Part shown: one piece after another, positions 20,556-34,300 of the stretch
Layout of the letters: the number at the start of each line of letters is the position of its first letter
Numbering within the stretch: the first letter of the stretch is position 1
Assembly (NCBI GenBank): GCA_030704615.1
Contig: CM060734.1
Coordinates: 49,848,001-49,912,000, forward strand
Direction of reading: 5' to 3'
Length of the DNA stretch: 64,000 bases
Source of the DNA: Takakia lepidozioides
Taxonomy: Eukaryota > Plantae > Bryophyta
Notes under the pieces: model-generated
What the model saw: only the letters and a program-made list of their open reading frames with translations
What the model was told of the DNA's origin: nothing
Databases searched by the model: none
Program-made: the position numbers and the translations under genes

Positions 20556-23500
20556 TGAACGAGGCAATTGAGAGGGCTGAATGTTTCTCGGATGTCCCTA
20601 GGGGTGAAAGACAAGGCCGTATGGAGCTGAACCACAAGAAGACCCGGCGGGAAGGTGACTCCTTCCGACCGGAAAAGAAGTGGGATAGGCCACGCGGCGA
20701 AAATGGCACGTGGAAATCGAAGGGAGGGCCTTCACACGTCAAGGCGACACCCGGTGCTTCGAAAGGAAAAGCGGGTGGAGCGGCTTATGGCAGACAGAAG
20801 GCGACCTTTGATGGAGTGTGTTTCAATTGCGGGGAGCCCGGGCACATGGCCAAGAAGTGCACGAAGCCCCGGCAATTGAACATGACTTAGGCGACCACGG
20901 AGCTGTCGGAAGATACCATCAGTCGCTTGGTGGAAGCGGTGGTCGCCAGGACTTGCAAGGTAGGCAAATTTTCTTGTGAGTTGTATCAGGAAACTGGCGC
21001 CCTACGAAAAGGGAGTCAGTTATTGTTCGTGGATGGGATGATATCCGGAACTAACGTGTCGTTGTTGGTGGACACAAGAGCGTCGCACTCCTTCATGACA
21101 CCGGCAACAGCACAAAAGCTGGGACTCCCGACAAGTGACGTTGGGGCCTCTATTGAGGTGGGTTCTGCCAAAGGAGAACCACAGTTGGCGACAAGGTTGG
21201 CGATTGATGTTCCTCTTCAACAAGGGAGTTGGGAGGGACGTGAGAACTTCACCATCTGCGAGACCGATGGAGTGGATCTCATTTTGGGGATGACCTTTTT
21301 GAGCAAATCCGGAGCGGTCATAGATGGCCGCAAGAGAGTAGTCACGCTGCCATGTGGGAATGGTGGCGAGGTATTACGAGTGTCTGAAACGCCCAAATCC
21401 GTGGGAGGGCGAATAAACCTTCTATCAGCAAAGGAGTGGGCCGTGGAGGAGGCACACGAGCCCCAGTTTTTGCTTTACATTAGAGAAGTGAAAGGAAGGC
21501 GATGGGGAACCGAGCCCAGATTGGATCAAGGGGATTTTGGAGAAATACCAGGATGTGATGCCGGAGGATTTACCAAGCGGCTTGCCACCGCGAAGAGGAG
21601 TTGACCACAAGATTGAGGTGATACCGGGATCGGAACCGCCTGCCAAGGCGCCCTACCGGTTGAGCCACCGAGAGTTGGTCGAGCTGAAGACTCAGCTCAA
21701 GGATCTAATGTCAAAGGGGTACATCCGGCCGAGTAAGTCACCTTACGGAGCCCCGGTGCTATTCGCAGACAAGAAGGATGGGACGTTGCGGATGTGTGTC
21801 GATTACAGGGCTCTGAATAAGGTGACTATCAAAAACCGGTACCCTTTGCCAAGGATCGACGACCTCTTCGATCGGTTGGCAGGAGCGAAGTATTTCAGCC
21901 GGATCGACTTGCGCTCCGGCTATCACCAAATTCGGGTGGCGGAAGGAGATGAAGAGAAGACCGCGTGCAGGACAAGGTATGGTTCATATGAGTTCTTGGT
22001 GATGCCTTTTGGGCTCACCAATGCACCAGCGACATTTAGCACGCTGATGAATAGCCTTTTCCAGGAGTGGTTGGATGACTTTGTGATCGTGTACATCGAC
22101 GACATCTTGGTGTACTCGAAAACAAAGGAGGAGCACCTGGAGCACCTCAAAAGGGTGTTCCAAAAATTGCGAGAAGGGAAGCTGTATGCCAAAGCTTCAA
22201 AGTGCGAATTCGGGGTCACGAAAATGGAGTTCTTGGGCATGTGATTACACAGGATGGGATCAAAATGGATGACAGAAAGGTGAGGGCGATCTTGGACTGG
22301 GAGCCTCCGACTTCGGTCCCGGGAGTGCGTTCCTTCCTAGGACTCGCCTCCTATTACTGGAAGTATGTGAGAAATTTCGCCAAGATCGCGGGGCCGCTGT
22401 CAGACCTTGTGTGTAAATCTAAAGTCTGGGCATGGAACACCTTTTGTGGCCAAGCTTTTGCTGAATTGAAGCAGCGGATGGCGGAAGCTCCAGTCTTGAA
22501 AATCCCGGAGATCGATCGTCCCTTCGAGATACATACAGATGCGTCGGACTTTGCGATTGGGGGTGCACTTATGCAAGATGGACGTCCAGTGGCTTACGAA
22601 AGTAAGAAACTGAATGAAGTGAAGCGACGGTGGCCGACGCACGAGAAGGAGATGAAGGCGGTGGTGCACTGTCTTGAGCTCTGGCGCCACTATGTTGGTT
22701 CCAACCCAGTGAAGGTGTTCACGGACAATGTCACGGTGAAGTATTTTGCCACGCAGCCCAAGTTGTCCCCAAAACAACTTAGGTGGCAAGATACTTTGGC
22801 GGTGTTCGACGTGGATATCCAGTACAAACCGGGACGAGACAACGTGGTAGCCGATGCTTTAAGTAGAAAGCAACAGCTCTTGTTGGTGTACAAGGGCGAG
22901 ACGGCACTCCAAAGGAAGATCCGGAAGGCTTGCCGGAAGGATGAGCTGGCAAAGTCCGTGATGCAGGACTTGAGGATGGGGATTAAATCGCAGTTCCACT
23001 TGCAAAATGGATTGCTCCGGTATAAGCAAAAGCGTCTCTACGTGCCGAAGGGAGGGATCAGAGATAGCCTCTTGAGAGAATGCCATGATAGCCCGCTTGC
23101 GGGCCACGGTGGAGCCAAGCGCATTGCGGCACTCTTGAAGAAAGAGTATTTCTGGCCCAAACTGAGGGAGGAGGCAGAGGAGTATGTCAAGACATGCACC
23201 ACATGCCAACAAAACCGGAGCGAGTACAAAAAGCAAGCGGGGCTGTTACAACCCTTGCCGATCCCAGAGGGGACTTGGGAAAGCGTCTCGATGGATTTCA
23301 TGACTGCTATGCCGCTGTCAAAAGGATTCGATGCAATCATGGTGGTGGTAGATAGGTTCAGTAAAATGGGCCATTTCATCCCCACCAAGGAGACGGCAAC
23401 GGCGCAGGAGACAGGGTGACTTTACTTCGCCCATGTCTTAAAGCATCATGGAGTCCCGAAGGATATTGTCTCGGACCGCGATCCAAAGTTTACGAGTAAA

Positions 23501-26500
23501 TTCTGGAGAGCACTTTGGAAGAAGATGGGGACGAGGCTGAAGATGAGCACCGCCTTTCGACCTACGACGGACGGCCAAACGGAAAGAGTGAATTCCGTAA
23601 TGAAGCAATTCTTGCGGAATTACGTGTCGGCAGACCAATCAGACTGGATGGAACACTTAGACGCGGCAGAGTTCTGTTATAATAACACAGAACACTCCGC
23701 AACGGGAGTTTCCCCTTTCGTGTTGGTCTATGGAAAAGCACCTCTGGTGCCGACAAGTTGGGCCGCCCAGGACGTTGAGGAACCGGCAGTAGCGGCAGTA
23801 TTGGAAGAACGCGAGCGTTTGTTGAAGCTCGCAAAGTACAATATTGCCAAAGCTAGGAAACGGTATGAAAGGCAGGCGAATCGGAAGCGGAGGGAAGTGA
23901 AGTTTGAGGCAGGCACAGAGGTCTGGTTGAACATCAAGAATTTTCGACTACCTCCGGAAGTGAGTCCGAAGTTCGTGCCTCCGTATGCGGGACCCTTTCG
24001 CATTCGGAAGGTTATGAATGAGGTGTAGTGTGAAAAGAAGGGGGCATAAATCCCCTTCTAGTTAACTCCTAAATTGTTCCTTACCCAAATACACACTTAC
24101 TCACACCACACTTAATCACTCCTACTCTATTCATGATCAGAGATTGGGTACCCTCATCCACGCCGCAGCGGAAGAGAAGACATGGACAGGGGTTGAGAAG
24201 TTTCTCAAACTTATAACTTGGCTCATTTGTAAACAGGGTATTGCATATGCCAGGGTTCTGTTTCCTAAATGTTTCAAGACATACATTATCACAAAATCAG
24301 GTTAGCCAGCACCCATGAAGGGCAATCCCTTCATAATACTGGCAGGCTAGTTCCATGAAATACACATCAAGTTTTATGGTCACTGGTTCAACTACAACGG
24401 GCTCCGGGTTTTTCACACACACATAGCCTCACTTTGATGATCCACCATTCCTCTTTCAAGATCTCTTTTCCCCATCCCTTTGCATCAAGGACATATGACA
24501 CTTTCAACCCTCTCAATCCCTTCTTGCAGATACAAATGGGCTACCAATAATCACCCTCAAGTGATCTTCTCTGTTGCAGCCCTCAGCCCCTGCATGCTTC
24601 TAAGTAATCATGCAATCAGCAGCCAACAGGTTTACTTCTACCTGATTCATTCTCTCTGAAAATGCTACTTCCTAACCTAATTATATGCATGTTGCCCTCA
24701 TTGTAAGTCATGGGCACTTCTTCTTTACTCAACCTCATTCACATCCGCCCAAAATAGGAAGCATCCTTTGTTTAAGAACTGACTTCCCAACTTCTTGCAG
24801 CACTCCACACAACTTCCACCCTGCCTCACTTTCTCTCTACCACCAGGACTGGTATGAATTCCAGAAGTCTCCATTCCATTTGCCAAAATCTTTTCTATCT
24901 CCCTCATTTCCATTGAGAGTATCTCTACCAGAATTCCATAGCAACTATCCCTAAGTAAGAGAAGGGCCTTGTATCTATCACTTAGCTCTCTTATACTCCA
25001 GCTGAAGCGGTGGGATTGCCTGCCTGAAATGGCACCTCACCATCTCTGTCAGCAGCTCCCCTAACTCCTTTTGTCGTTGAATGCCACGTTGTAAAACAAA
25101 GATCTATGCATGTCAGATCCTGTCATTGCTATGCCACTCACCTTCAGATATTTCGTCGATTCAAGCGTTCCGTGAGTCTTGACAGCTCTGTTTCAACCTA
25201 TGGCAGTAACCTTGTTGCTTGCCAACTAACTACCCTATCCTACCATCTCTGCTAATCTACCCTAAGATCTGATGTGATAACAAGAAGACAGTCATTATCT
25301 GAAAGCTTCATGCTCTACATATTTCACTCTTTGCTTCTTTATTTACAGATAACCTGTATCACTGTCCACAAGCCAATGCCCTCATTCTGGCGATTGCACC
25401 ATTTCACAAGTGGTCAAGTCAGTAATCCCATCTCTGCCCTTGATCTGGCAGCAATTGCTTCTCCACAAGTGCAGCTTTCTATAATTGCACATGAATGCAA
25501 TGGGGCGGTATCAGTTTGCACACCCTACCTCTGGCAGATGCCCGTCATGATGGAGCTGCTCCATCATCTTAACTAGCCTTTGATCAAGTCTGCAACCCCA
25601 CCTTCCTATTCCCTGGCAGCAGGTTGTTTCCCTTGCAGGTTCATCCTCCTTGTCATCGTGGTTATGAGAGTAACGACGGCAACTGCTGCCCCTCCACCGA
25701 GCTGCTTTCCCCCGCAACTCCTACACCTTCAGCGGTCAATCACAGGACAGCACCGCCTCTATGCCTTCATTACTTCTGTCAGTAGTACATGATATTACTT
25801 CCCTTGCCCTTGATGAATCGTCCTGCAGCACTCCCTCTCTTCAAAGCCATGAAACGATTACTGCACCGCCTCCCTTCTCCTGGCTTGAGCAAAATTACCT
25901 AGCTGTTCCCTGCACGATTACCCTCCAGCAAGCCCCAAGCTTCCTCGACCCGCGTTTCTCTACGGTAATCACCAGCGATGAAAGCCTTCATCCTATGGAT
26001 GAAAATGCGTATTTCATGACTTAGCCACATTTTGTCCTGGCAGAGCAATAGCATAGTGTGCCCATGGAATTACCTGTAGGCATGGATAGTTCCCTCCCGT
26101 TATTAGTACCAGGGCACTCCCTTTGTAGTAATGCCGGATCCTGATGCCAAGCAAAATTTCCATGTTACTCCCCTGCATTCACACTACCGAGGATGTGTAT
26201 GAATTGGAGCTGCCGGCAAACAGCAAGGTGCACCCAGTATTCCATGTCTCCCTTTTGAAGCCTTACTCAAAGATGAAGCGCGTCCGAATCGGCACCAAGT
26301 GTTGCGTCCGCCACCTATGCTGCTGGATCATGAAAATGAACCTGAGTACAAGGTGGAGGCAATACTTAAGTCGAGGAGGTTCAGGAACCGAGAAACGGAG
26401 TATCTCGTCAAATGGAAGGGCTATCATCATGTGGAGGCATCTTGGGTGCGTGCCTCAGAAATGGGAAACGCATCCGAGGCGGTTGCAGCTTTCGAAGGGC

Positions 26501-26526
26501 GACCTCAAAAGCGGAAGAAGCGTTGA
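20556..26526 (+). pseudogene. pol: Disrupted gag-pol of the chromovirus
   Basis: ORFs 20534-20890, 20927-21604, 21537-22244, 22202-23419, 23525-24028 and 26299-26526 are successive pieces broken by stops, frameshifts and the 24024-26188 insertion. Confidence 0.9.
24024..26188 (-). mobile_element. Nested 2165-bp insertion, probably a solo LTR
   Basis: Absent from the duplicate at ~28530; GAGG duplicated (24020-24023 and 26189-26192); ends TGTAGTGTGAA / TTCACACTACC; no coding capacity. Orientation is inferred. Confidence 0.7.
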
Positions 26527-27426
26527 TGGGGACATCAACCTTGGAGCGTGGGGGAGGAAATGCATGCTTAGCCCGGTTTAGCTAGCTTAGGAATCCGATT
26601 GCAAACTTGTATTGTACAAAAATTTGTTATAAAGGAAATGGGTTCCAAATATTGTGCGTCCTATTGTGTTTGGAATGGTGATGCATGGTGTGGTTGGCTA
26701 GTGTGTAGAATGCATGCTAGTTTACAAAAGTGAGAGAGGTAAATTGGGTTAATCGTGTGTTTGCGTAGTGCCGAAATCGGGTGACTCCCATCCAAGGGGC
26801 AAGGAACTTGCGCCTTCTTTGGGAGTTCACGTGCTAGTGCGCACTTGGTGCGTGCGCGTACTATAAGTGCGCTACCGAGGGGGTTGCCTTGTAGTGCGGG
26901 CTAACGCGGAAGCTACGTGCTTCCGTTCACGTACTATAATCGTGTAGCCTCGGGACGAAGTCGTAGTGCGGCTTCGGCGTGTTCCCGTACCTCAGGCCAG
27001 CATTCCAAGGCGGACCCAATTGTAGTGATTGGGGCGCACGGTTGGTTCAAGGTTATCTTCCTAGTCAAAGAGGGTTCCAGGTGAACCCTTGCTCAAGTGA
27101 TGCCAAAAGCGGCATCATGAGCGATCGCAAGCAATGTTGTTGCAGTAAGGCGATTCGATCCTCGGGAGGATCGTTCCTTGGCCTTGAAGTAGGCCAAGAA
27201 GAGTGCACTGGGAGGAGCTGGAGAGGCTCCACCCTTGGCCGAGACTTGGAGGAAGTCGGCCGAACTAGCTAGTGGAGAGTAGAGTCAAGTGTGGGGTTTG
27301 GTTCTTTGCCATGGGACGCCATGGTACGGAACAAACTCCTTGATGTGGGACTCCACAACTTGGATGTTCGTTTCTACAAAATGGACAAGTCGATGAGGAC
27401 ATCGACTCCCTGTTGGTAGGGGTGTG

Positions 27427-28151
27427 TGTCGCGGCCCTTGCCTTGAGGGCAGGGGGGTCGGGACACATGAGGGTCTGCCCCTGTGGTGGGGCAGCGGCAG
27501 CGATAGGTATGGGGGGCTGAGGCACCCTTGAGTGCCCAAGGCACTCAGGGAAGCGGAGGCGCTCACTAGATGGAGCCCCACACACCGGGTTGCGGTGGGG
27601 GTGGCTCCACAAGGGGTGGTGGTAGCTTAGTGGGACTTAGTGGGGGTGGCATAGGACTCACCATGGGGGCGGAGACCTCGTGGTGGGAGTCGTGGGGAGT
27701 CTTGGGACTCATCACGGTCCATAGGGGCCGTGGTGAGCGGGCCAAGACTCACCGCGACTCACCACCGGGAATCGAGGGTCTTCGTGGTGGTTCGCCATAA
27801 AATGGCATGGCTGGTTATGAAACCCCCGCGGACAGCTACAGAAGTATATATAGGGAGTAGTAACCCTGAGAATGGTGCAAGCCCGTTGGTGACCAAAAAC
27901 TAGTGAGTAAGCGAGCGAGCCGGAAAGCGACCAAAGAGTGGGGAGCTGTTCCGGATTGCCATCTACCAAAGGGAATTCTCCTAGTCCCAATTAGGTGGAG
28001 GGTTTTAGAGGGGAGCGAAAGGGGACCGTTATGTCCCGGTGAGCAGCCGAAGCTCCAAGTTGGCCCGGCGGCCAGGTTGGGAGTCAGGCGCGCGCATCAA
28101 AGCGAGTAACTATGACTTGAAGGGGAGTTTACCGAAGTGAGGTGCGCGACA
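27427..28151 (+). repeat. LTR copy 1 of the chromovirus
   Basis: TGTCGCGG...GCGCGACA, preceded by GGTAGGGGTGTG; TATA-like GTATATATAGG inside; direct repeat of 29775-30497. Confidence 0.92.
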
Positions 28152-28153
28152 AA

Positions 28154-29774
28154 CAGACTGGGTGGAACACTTAGACGCGGCAGAGTTCTGTTATAATAAC
28201 ACAGAACACTCCGCAACGGGAGTTTCCCCTTTCGTATTGTCTATGGAAAAGCACCTCTGGTGCCGACAAGTTGGGCCGCCCAGGACGTTGAGGAACCGGC
28301 AGTAGCGGCAGTACTGGAAGAACGCGAGCGTTTGTTGAAGCTCGCAAAGTACAACATTGCCAAAGCTAGGAAACGGTATGAAGGCAGGCGAATCGGAAGC
28401 GGAGGGAAGTGAAGTTTGAGGCAGGCACGGAGGTCTGGTTGAACATCAAGAATTTCCGACTACCTCCGGAAGTGAGTCCGAAGTTCGTACCTCCGTATGC
28501 GGGACCCTTTCGCATCCGGAAGGTTATGAATGAGGATGTGTATGAATTGGAGCTGCCGGCAAACAGCAAGGTGCACCCAGTATTCCATGTCTCCCTTTTG
28601 AAGCCTTACTTCAAAGATGAAGCGCGTCCGAATCGGCATCAAGTGTTGCGTCCGCCACCTATGCTGTTGGATCATGAAAATGAACCTGAGTACGAGGTGG
28701 AGACAATACTTAAGTCAAGGAGGTTCAAGAACCGAGAAACGGAGTATCTCGTCAAATGGAAGGGCTATCATCATGTGGAGGCATCTTGGGTGCGTGCCTC
28801 AGAAATGGGAAACGCATCCGAGGCGGTCGCAGCTTTCGAAGGGCGACCTCAAAAACGGAAGAAGCGTTGATGGGGACATCAACCTTGGAGCGTGGGGGAG
28901 GAAATGCATGCTTAGCCCGGCTTAGCTAGCTTAGGAATCCGATTGCAAAAACTTGTATTGTACAAAACGTGCTATAAATGAAACGGATTCCAAATGTTGT
29001 GTTTCCTATTTTGTTTGGAATGGTGATGCATGGTATGGTTGGCTAGTGTGTAGAATGCATGCTAGCTTATAAAAGTGGGAGAGGTAAATTGGTTAATCGT
29101 GTGTTTGCGTAGTGCTGAAATCGGGTGACCCCCATCCAAGGGGCAAGGAAACTTGCGACTTCTTTGGGAGTTCACGTGCTAGTGCGCACCTGGCGCGTGC
29201 GCGTACTATAACTGCGCTACCGAGGGGGTTGCCTTGTAGTGCGGGCTAACACGGAAGCTACGTGCTTCCGTTCACGTACTATAATCGTGTAGCCTCGGGA
29301 CGAAGTCGTAGTGCGGCTTCGGCGTGTTCCCGTACCTCAGGCCATCATTCCAAGGCGGACCCAATTGTAGTGATTGGGGCGCACGGTTGGTTCAAGGTTA
29401 TCTTCCTAGTCAAAGAGGGTTCCAGGTGAACCCTTGCTCAAGGTGATGCCAAAAGCGGCATCATGAGCGATCGCAAGCAATGTTGTTGCAGTAAGGCGAT
29501 TCGATCCTCGGGGAGGATCGTTCCTTGGCCTTGAAGTAGGCCAAGAAGAGTGCACTGGGAGGAGCTGGAGAGGCTCCACCCTTGGCCGGGACTTGGAGGA
29601 AGTCGGCCGAACTAGCTAGTGGAGAGTAGAGTCAAGTGTGGGGTTTGGTTCTTTGCCATGGGACGCCATGGTACGGAAACAAACTCCTTGATGTGGGACG
29701 CCACAACTTGGATGTTCGTTTCTACAAAATGGACAAGTCGATGAGGACATCGACTCCCTGTTGGTAGGGGTGTG
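28154..29774 (+). repeat. Duplicated integrase C-terminus/chromodomain and 3' UTR
   Basis: Repeats 23640-24023 joined to 26193-27426; ORF 28409-28870 has GPF and chromodomain. Confidence 0.9.
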
Positions 29775-30497
29775 TGTCGCGGCCCTTTGCCTTGAGGGCA
29801 GGGGGTCGGGACACATGAGGGGCTGCCCCTATGGTGGGGGCATCGGCGATAGGTATGGGGGGCTGAAGCACCCTTGAGTGCCCAAGCCACTCAAGGAGGC
29901 GGAGGCGCTCACTAGGTGGAGCCCCGCACACCGGGTTGCGGTGGGGGTGGCTCCACAAGGGGTGGTGGTAGCTTAGCGGAACTTAGTGGGGGTGGCATAG
30001 GACTCACCATGGGGCGGAGACCTCGTGGTGGGAGTCGTGGGGAGTCTTGGGACTCAGCACGGTCCATAAGGGCCGTGGTGAGTGGGCCAAGACTCACCGC
30101 GACTCATCACCGGGAGTCGAGGGTTTTCGTGGTGGTTCGCCATAAAATGGCATGGCTGGTTATGAAACCCCCACGGACAGCTATAGAAGTATATATAGGG
30201 AGTAGTGACCCCGAGAACGGTGCAAGCCCGTTGGTGACCACAAACTAGTGAGTAAGCGAGCGAGCCGGAAAGTGACCAAAGAGTGGGGAGCTGTTCCGGA
30301 CTGCCATCTACCAAAGGGAATTCTCCTAGTCCCAAATAGGTGGAGGGTTTAGAGGGAAGCGAAGGGGGACCGTTATGTCCCGGTGAGCAGCCGAAGCTCC
30401 AAGTTGGCCCGGACAGGCCAGGTTGGGAGTCAGGCGCGCGCATCAAAGCGAGTAACTATGACTTGAAGGGGAGCTTACCGAAGTGAGGTGTGCGACA
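29775..30497 (+). repeat. LTR copy 2 (3' LTR) of the chromovirus
   Basis: Direct repeat of 27427-28151; followed by TSD GTTTG. Confidence 0.92.
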
Positions 30498-31342
30498 GTT
30501 TGTGTGTTGGAATGAATGTACTGCTTTGCCCAAAAAAAATGTTTGCTTTTAATATTCAGTTCTCTAGTGGACGATCTCCTCATTCCAAAGTCATGACCTC
30601 AATCATAATTCATCCGCAAACCTGCCATTGTTCTCGGCCACAAAGAATATTCATGTGGGGGCCATGAAGAGGGATAAAAAATTAGGACATAGGCGACAGC
30701 TGATCCGCGGTAGTAGGGGGGGGGGTAAGCACGGAATTAGGGCCTGAACACGTGGATGCTTGCTGACGTGGCGTGAGCCTAGCCAGGCTCACAGGCTCAC
30801 GCGCAAGCATTCCCCAAATCCGGCGAATGGTTTTTGCCAAGTATTCGGCTTTCGTTCTTGACTCAAATGATTTATAGGTCCCTGCAACCATCAATAGTGT
30901 CCAACACCTTGAACTTGGGATCACGCAATGATTTGAGCATTCTGATTTTCGAAGCTGCCTTCAAACATGATTTCGTTACCCTCTGGGTCCGAAGCCTTAA
31001 CCTCCAACATAATTATTAGACTTCGAGTAGGCTCCACTTATCGTCGTACGGGGTCCAGACGAGGAAATACGCGTCGCATTGGTGGCCCATCGTCTCGAGA
31101 GCGTCGGCGTGATGTTGAAGGTCATGAAAGTCGGAATGGCTGATCTGGTAGTTGAGTAAGCGACAACTCCAATGTATCTGGTTCCTGTGACTCCATGCTG
31201 CCAATACAAGATGCAAGAGTCCTAGAAGTGTAGCTTTACATACTGATTTGTGGTACTCATCCCTCCTCAGTGTGTATCAGGTACATTGAATGTGGAGTCT
31301 TCACCTTGAAGTTAACTTGGCCGACATCATCATTGTGACGTC

Positions 31343-34300
31343 TTATTGACGTGTAGCTCGGGACTTAGCTGGATATCGTTGATGAAACTCTTGGACTTTG
31401 TCAGAGGTATTGGCGAGGTTGGATGAAGGTTCCCACGTTCGTTCGCTGATGTCGTAGCCTTTCCAATATACGAAATACTCAAGACATTTATACTTGATGC
31501 GAGAGTCTAGGACTTCGTCGACTTCATACTCAATTTCCTGATTGACTTCGATTGGTGGAGGTGGTACGGAAACTCTCCCTGGAATATTCGATGGATGATA
31601 CAACTCCAACAATGAAACATGAAAGACAGGATGGATGCGCATACTTCGTAGGAGTTCAAGCCGAAAACTGACCGGATTTATTTGTCGAATAATTTTGAAT
31701 GGTCCTAGGCGTTGATAATTCAACTTCCTTGATGGTTGCGAGGTTTGTATGTTCCGTCAAAGAAGCCACACACGATCTCCGACCTTGAACTGGGGTTGGA
31801 GTTGACGACGTTGATCTGCATACTCCTTGTATTGTTTTTGAGCTTTTGCGAGGTAGGATGTAAGCTCCTTGTGAATCGTAGCAAGATGAGTAGCAAAGTT
31901 TTCTGCAGCAGGGTTTCCAACAGTTTTCATGTGGAAAGGGTTTGCTAGAGGATGATGACCATAATTGGAGAAAAATGGAGTTTGTTTGGTCGAAGAATGT
32001 ATAGTGTTGTTGTAGGCAAAATCAGCCAATGACATAAGATCCGTCCAATTATCTTGGTGGTAATTTATTGTACAGCGAAGATACTGCTCCAAAATCTGGT
32101 TTACACGTTCGGTTTGACCATCAGTCTGTGGATGATTAGCTGTAGAGATGTTGATCTTAGTATCCAACATATGAAATAATCCCCTCCAGAAATTTGATAT
32201 GAACTGTGTTCATCGATAAGATACGATGTCCTTTGGGAGTCCATGAATGTGGTAGATATTATTGAGGAAGAGTCTTGCAGTTTCCTCGCTGGTAACCGTC
32301 TTATTACATGGAATGAAATGTGCCATCTTCGTAAAACGATCTACAATAATAAGGATTGAATTGGTAGTCTTGAAAATTGGAAGGTTCGTAATAAAGTCCA
32401 TAGACACGGACGACCATGGACCCTTAAGAATGGGTAATGGTTGAAGAAGGCCGTAAGGTCGATGTCGTGGTCCCTTCGCTCTAGCACACCTGTCGCAAGA
32501 TTTTATAAATTCTTTCACGAGTTTCCACATCTGCGGCCACCAATAGTCCCTGGATATCAATTCCAATGTTTTGTTGAAGTCGAAATGTCCTGCAGCCGAA
32601 AGATCATGACATGTTTGAAGAATTCGAAGTCGTATAGGTCCTGGAGGTACATAGAGAAATCCCTTAAAATTAAGTAAGTTATCTTTGAATTCGAAGTCAT
32701 TTGTAACATGTGTGTTGTCTCGAGGTCGATTTAGTTGACTTCGTAGTGTCATGGCAAATTGGTCGCTCTTCAGTGCTTCCTGAATCTCCTTTATGATCTC
32801 TACATCGTCAGAGGTGGACATGGATAGCATATTAAATTGCAGATTTGCTGGTTTCAAGATGATGGATTTCTGTTGGTCGAAAGCTGCATTCATTTCTTTT
32901 GGCCCAAGATACGATCGTCGAGAAAGAGCATCTGGTTTTCCTTGAAGATGTCCGGGACGGTAGGTAATAACAAAATCAAACCTTGCTAGTGATACTCCAT
33001 CTCGCTTGACGTCGATTCAAAACACGAGCACTCATAAAATACTCGAGGTTTTTGTGATCGGTATAGATAGTGACCTGATGTTTAGCTCCCTCTAATAGAT
33101 GACGCCACTCCTCAAAAACATCGATAATCGTTAGAAGTTATTTGTCATGGATTTCATAATTGATCTCCGCAGCGGAAAATTTGCGAGAACGAAAGCCAAC
33201 AGGGTGAAGTCGGTCATCTACACCGTGTTGAGATAGTATCGCGTCAAGTGCAAAGTCTGATGCAACTGCTTCCAAAAAGAATGGTTTAGATGGGTCTGCA
33301 TGTACCAGTATTGGAGCCGTTGTAAATGTCTGCTTCAGCCTTTCAAATGCTTGGTCAGCCTTCTCGTCTTATACAAATTTGTCATTATCTGTGAGTCATG
33401 TCAATGGTGCAGCAATTTTGGAGTAGTCATTGATGAAGATTCTATAGAAATTTGAAAATCCTAGAAAACATTGTACATCTCGGACTGAAGTTGGTTTAAT
33501 CCACTCGATGATGGTTTGTATTTTCTTCTGATCCATCAAGACTCATTTGTCGGAAATAATATAGCCCAAAAATTCGACTTCAGATTGGTGGAAAATACAT
33601 TTTTTCAACTTGGCATATAGTTTTTTTTCCCTCAATTTATCAAGGACAAGACGTACATGGCGACCATGTTCTTCTTCATTTTATGAAAATATCAAAATGT
33701 CGTCCAAGTAGATGACTACAAAATCATCTAAAAATTCTCAAAAGATGTCATTCATCATGTGTTGAAAAATTGCTGGAGCATTTGTAAGATCGAAAGGCAT
33801 AACACGGTATTCGAAATGTCCGTACCTTGTGTGAAAAACAGTCTTCCATTTGTCTCCTTCTTTTATTCGTACAAGGTTGTAAGCTCATCTCAAGTCGATC
33901 TTTGTGACAAAATTTGCTTGTCCAAGTTGTTCGAGGAGTCCGGAAATCAACGGTAGTGGGTAACGATTTTTTATAGTGACTTTGTTGAGCCCACGATAGT
34001 CCACACACATGCGTAACGATCCGTCCTTCTTCTTCACAAATAAGATAGGTGCTCCCGCGGGTGATTTTGAATTTTGAATGTCGAATGAAATTCTTTGACA
34101 AATTTTCATCAATGTATTCGCGTAAAGCAGCCAGCTCCGTTTGAGATAAATTGTAGATCGGGCCGAATGATGGTTGAGCTTCTTCTTGCAACTCAATTGC
34201 ACAATCATAAGGTCGATGTTCTGACAACATGTCTGCATTTTTCTTCTCGAAAACATCCTAGAAATCTTGATATTGAGTGGGTAATGTCGAAGTACCTTGG

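Larger units (their letters stand above)
20537..30497 (+). mobile_element. Ty3/Gypsy chromovirus (possibly Galadriel-like), rearranged: 5' LTR reduced to ~20 bp, 3' part duplicated
   Basis: TGTCGC...GCGACA termini with TSD GTTTG (20532-20536 and 30498-30502); CFNCGEPGHMAKKC knuckle, protease, RT YIDD, RNase H TDASD, integrase, GPF motif, chromodomain EYLVKWKGY. Confidence 0.92.

Noticed and set aside
26979-28109. Short ORFs in the chromovirus 3' UTR and LTR
   Set aside because: Frames are not preserved between the two duplicated copies; likely GC-rich chance ORFs.
30503-31342. Right terminus (TIR) of the MULE-like element near the G-run at 30716-30725
   Set aside because: The other end lies outside the window, so no TIR or TSD can be verified.
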